Assembly (NCBI RefSeq): GCF_016432865.1
Contig: NC_067401.1
Location: forward strand, 45,570,001 to 45,634,000
Direction of reading: 5' to 3'
Source: Antechinus flavipes
Lineage: Eukaryota
Length of the DNA: 64,000 nucleotides
Shown here: positions 63,420-64,000 of the stretch, piece after piece
How positions within the stretch are numbered: position 1 is the stretch's first letter
Layout: the number at the start of each line of letters is the position of its first letter
Notes under the pieces: generated by a model
The model's database searches: none
Told to the model about the DNA's origin: nothing
Seen by the model: only the letters and a program-made list of their open reading frames with translations
Program-made: the position numbers and the translations under genes

Positions 63420-63960
63420 AATAGGAATATGTGTTTGGCCACATTTTTATCTTGGATGAAGGACTGTTCATTAAATTTGCAGAAAACATAAAGCTGAGAT
63501 AGACAGTAAATCCTCTAGAGATCCAAGTCGGGTAAAGATCTATAAAGATCTTGACAAGCTAGATCATCAGACTGAGTCTTGGGCAGATGAGATTCAGTTG
63601 TGATAAATGTCAGGTTTGACATTCAGGGCAAAGAAATCAACTTTACAAGCATAAGATGGGGAGGAGCAGCTACATAGCAGTTTGTCTGAAAAGATCTGTG
63701 AGTTTTAGTGTACTACCAGCTCAATTTGACCCAGCACTGTGATCTGGCAGGCCAAAAAAATAGCTGACACAAACTTGGGCTGCCCTAAAAGAGGCCTGGC
63801 TTTTAGGATTAAGCAGCTGGCAGTGCTGCTGCACTCTCTTCTACTTAAACCACATCTAGGGGATTTCATTCAGTTCAAGGTGGACATAGTTTAGGGTAGA
63901 TGTTGATAAATGTCAAGAACATGGAAATCATGATAAGGAAGACCACATGTAGGAGAAAGA
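63420..63960 (+). mobile_element. CR1/L3 RT-to-3' fragment
   Basis: ttcattaaatttgcagaaaacataaagctg (K-F-A-x-x-x-K-L)…aaagatcttgacaagctag…cagcactgtgatctggcaggccaaaa…accacatctagg…ttcagttc. Confidence 0.8.
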
Positions 63961-64000
63961 ATTGGAGAAACAAGAGATGTTAATAAATATGCAAAAATAA

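Noticed and set aside
26400-64000. Exons of the neighbouring gene expected from human synteny (VTCN1) or a processed pseudogene
   Set aside because: No ORF in the track resembles B7-H4/Ig domains or any protein I recognise apart from TE products.

Overview
Mammalian, AT-rich genomic DNA from a marsupial, probably a dasyurid (inferred from L1 3' ends and short CORE-SINEs resembling dasyurid L1 and WSINE1/Mar1 families; not database-checked). One protein-coding gene is supportable: the first coding exon of MAN1A2 (Golgi alpha-1,2-mannosidase IB) on the minus strand (ATG 24351, splice donor after 24044), inside a CpG island at about 23950-26350. Bases 1-24043 are intron 1; I could not find exon 2 in the window. 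Bases above about 26400 are upstream intergenic DNA. The rest is a mosaic of LINE-1, L2, CR1/L3, MIR/Mar1/WSINE-type SINEs, LTR remnants, one hAT-type MITE and microsatellites. I see no new multi-gene system. The most unusual structures are: (1) a 12-unit 'constant core + variable microsatellite spacer' array that appears built from a CORE-SINE motif, just inside MAN1A2 intron 1; (2) a single TSD-bounded L1 insertion carrying both a 3' transduction and a perfect 39-bp fold-back 5' inversion; (3) several short-range copying events (108-bp inverted copy, about 200-bp flank+SINE copy, exact 37-bp copy, 94-bp tandem); (4) a set of uORFs in the putative MAN1A2 leader. Repeat family names come from recall of consensus motifs and most repeat boundaries are approximate.
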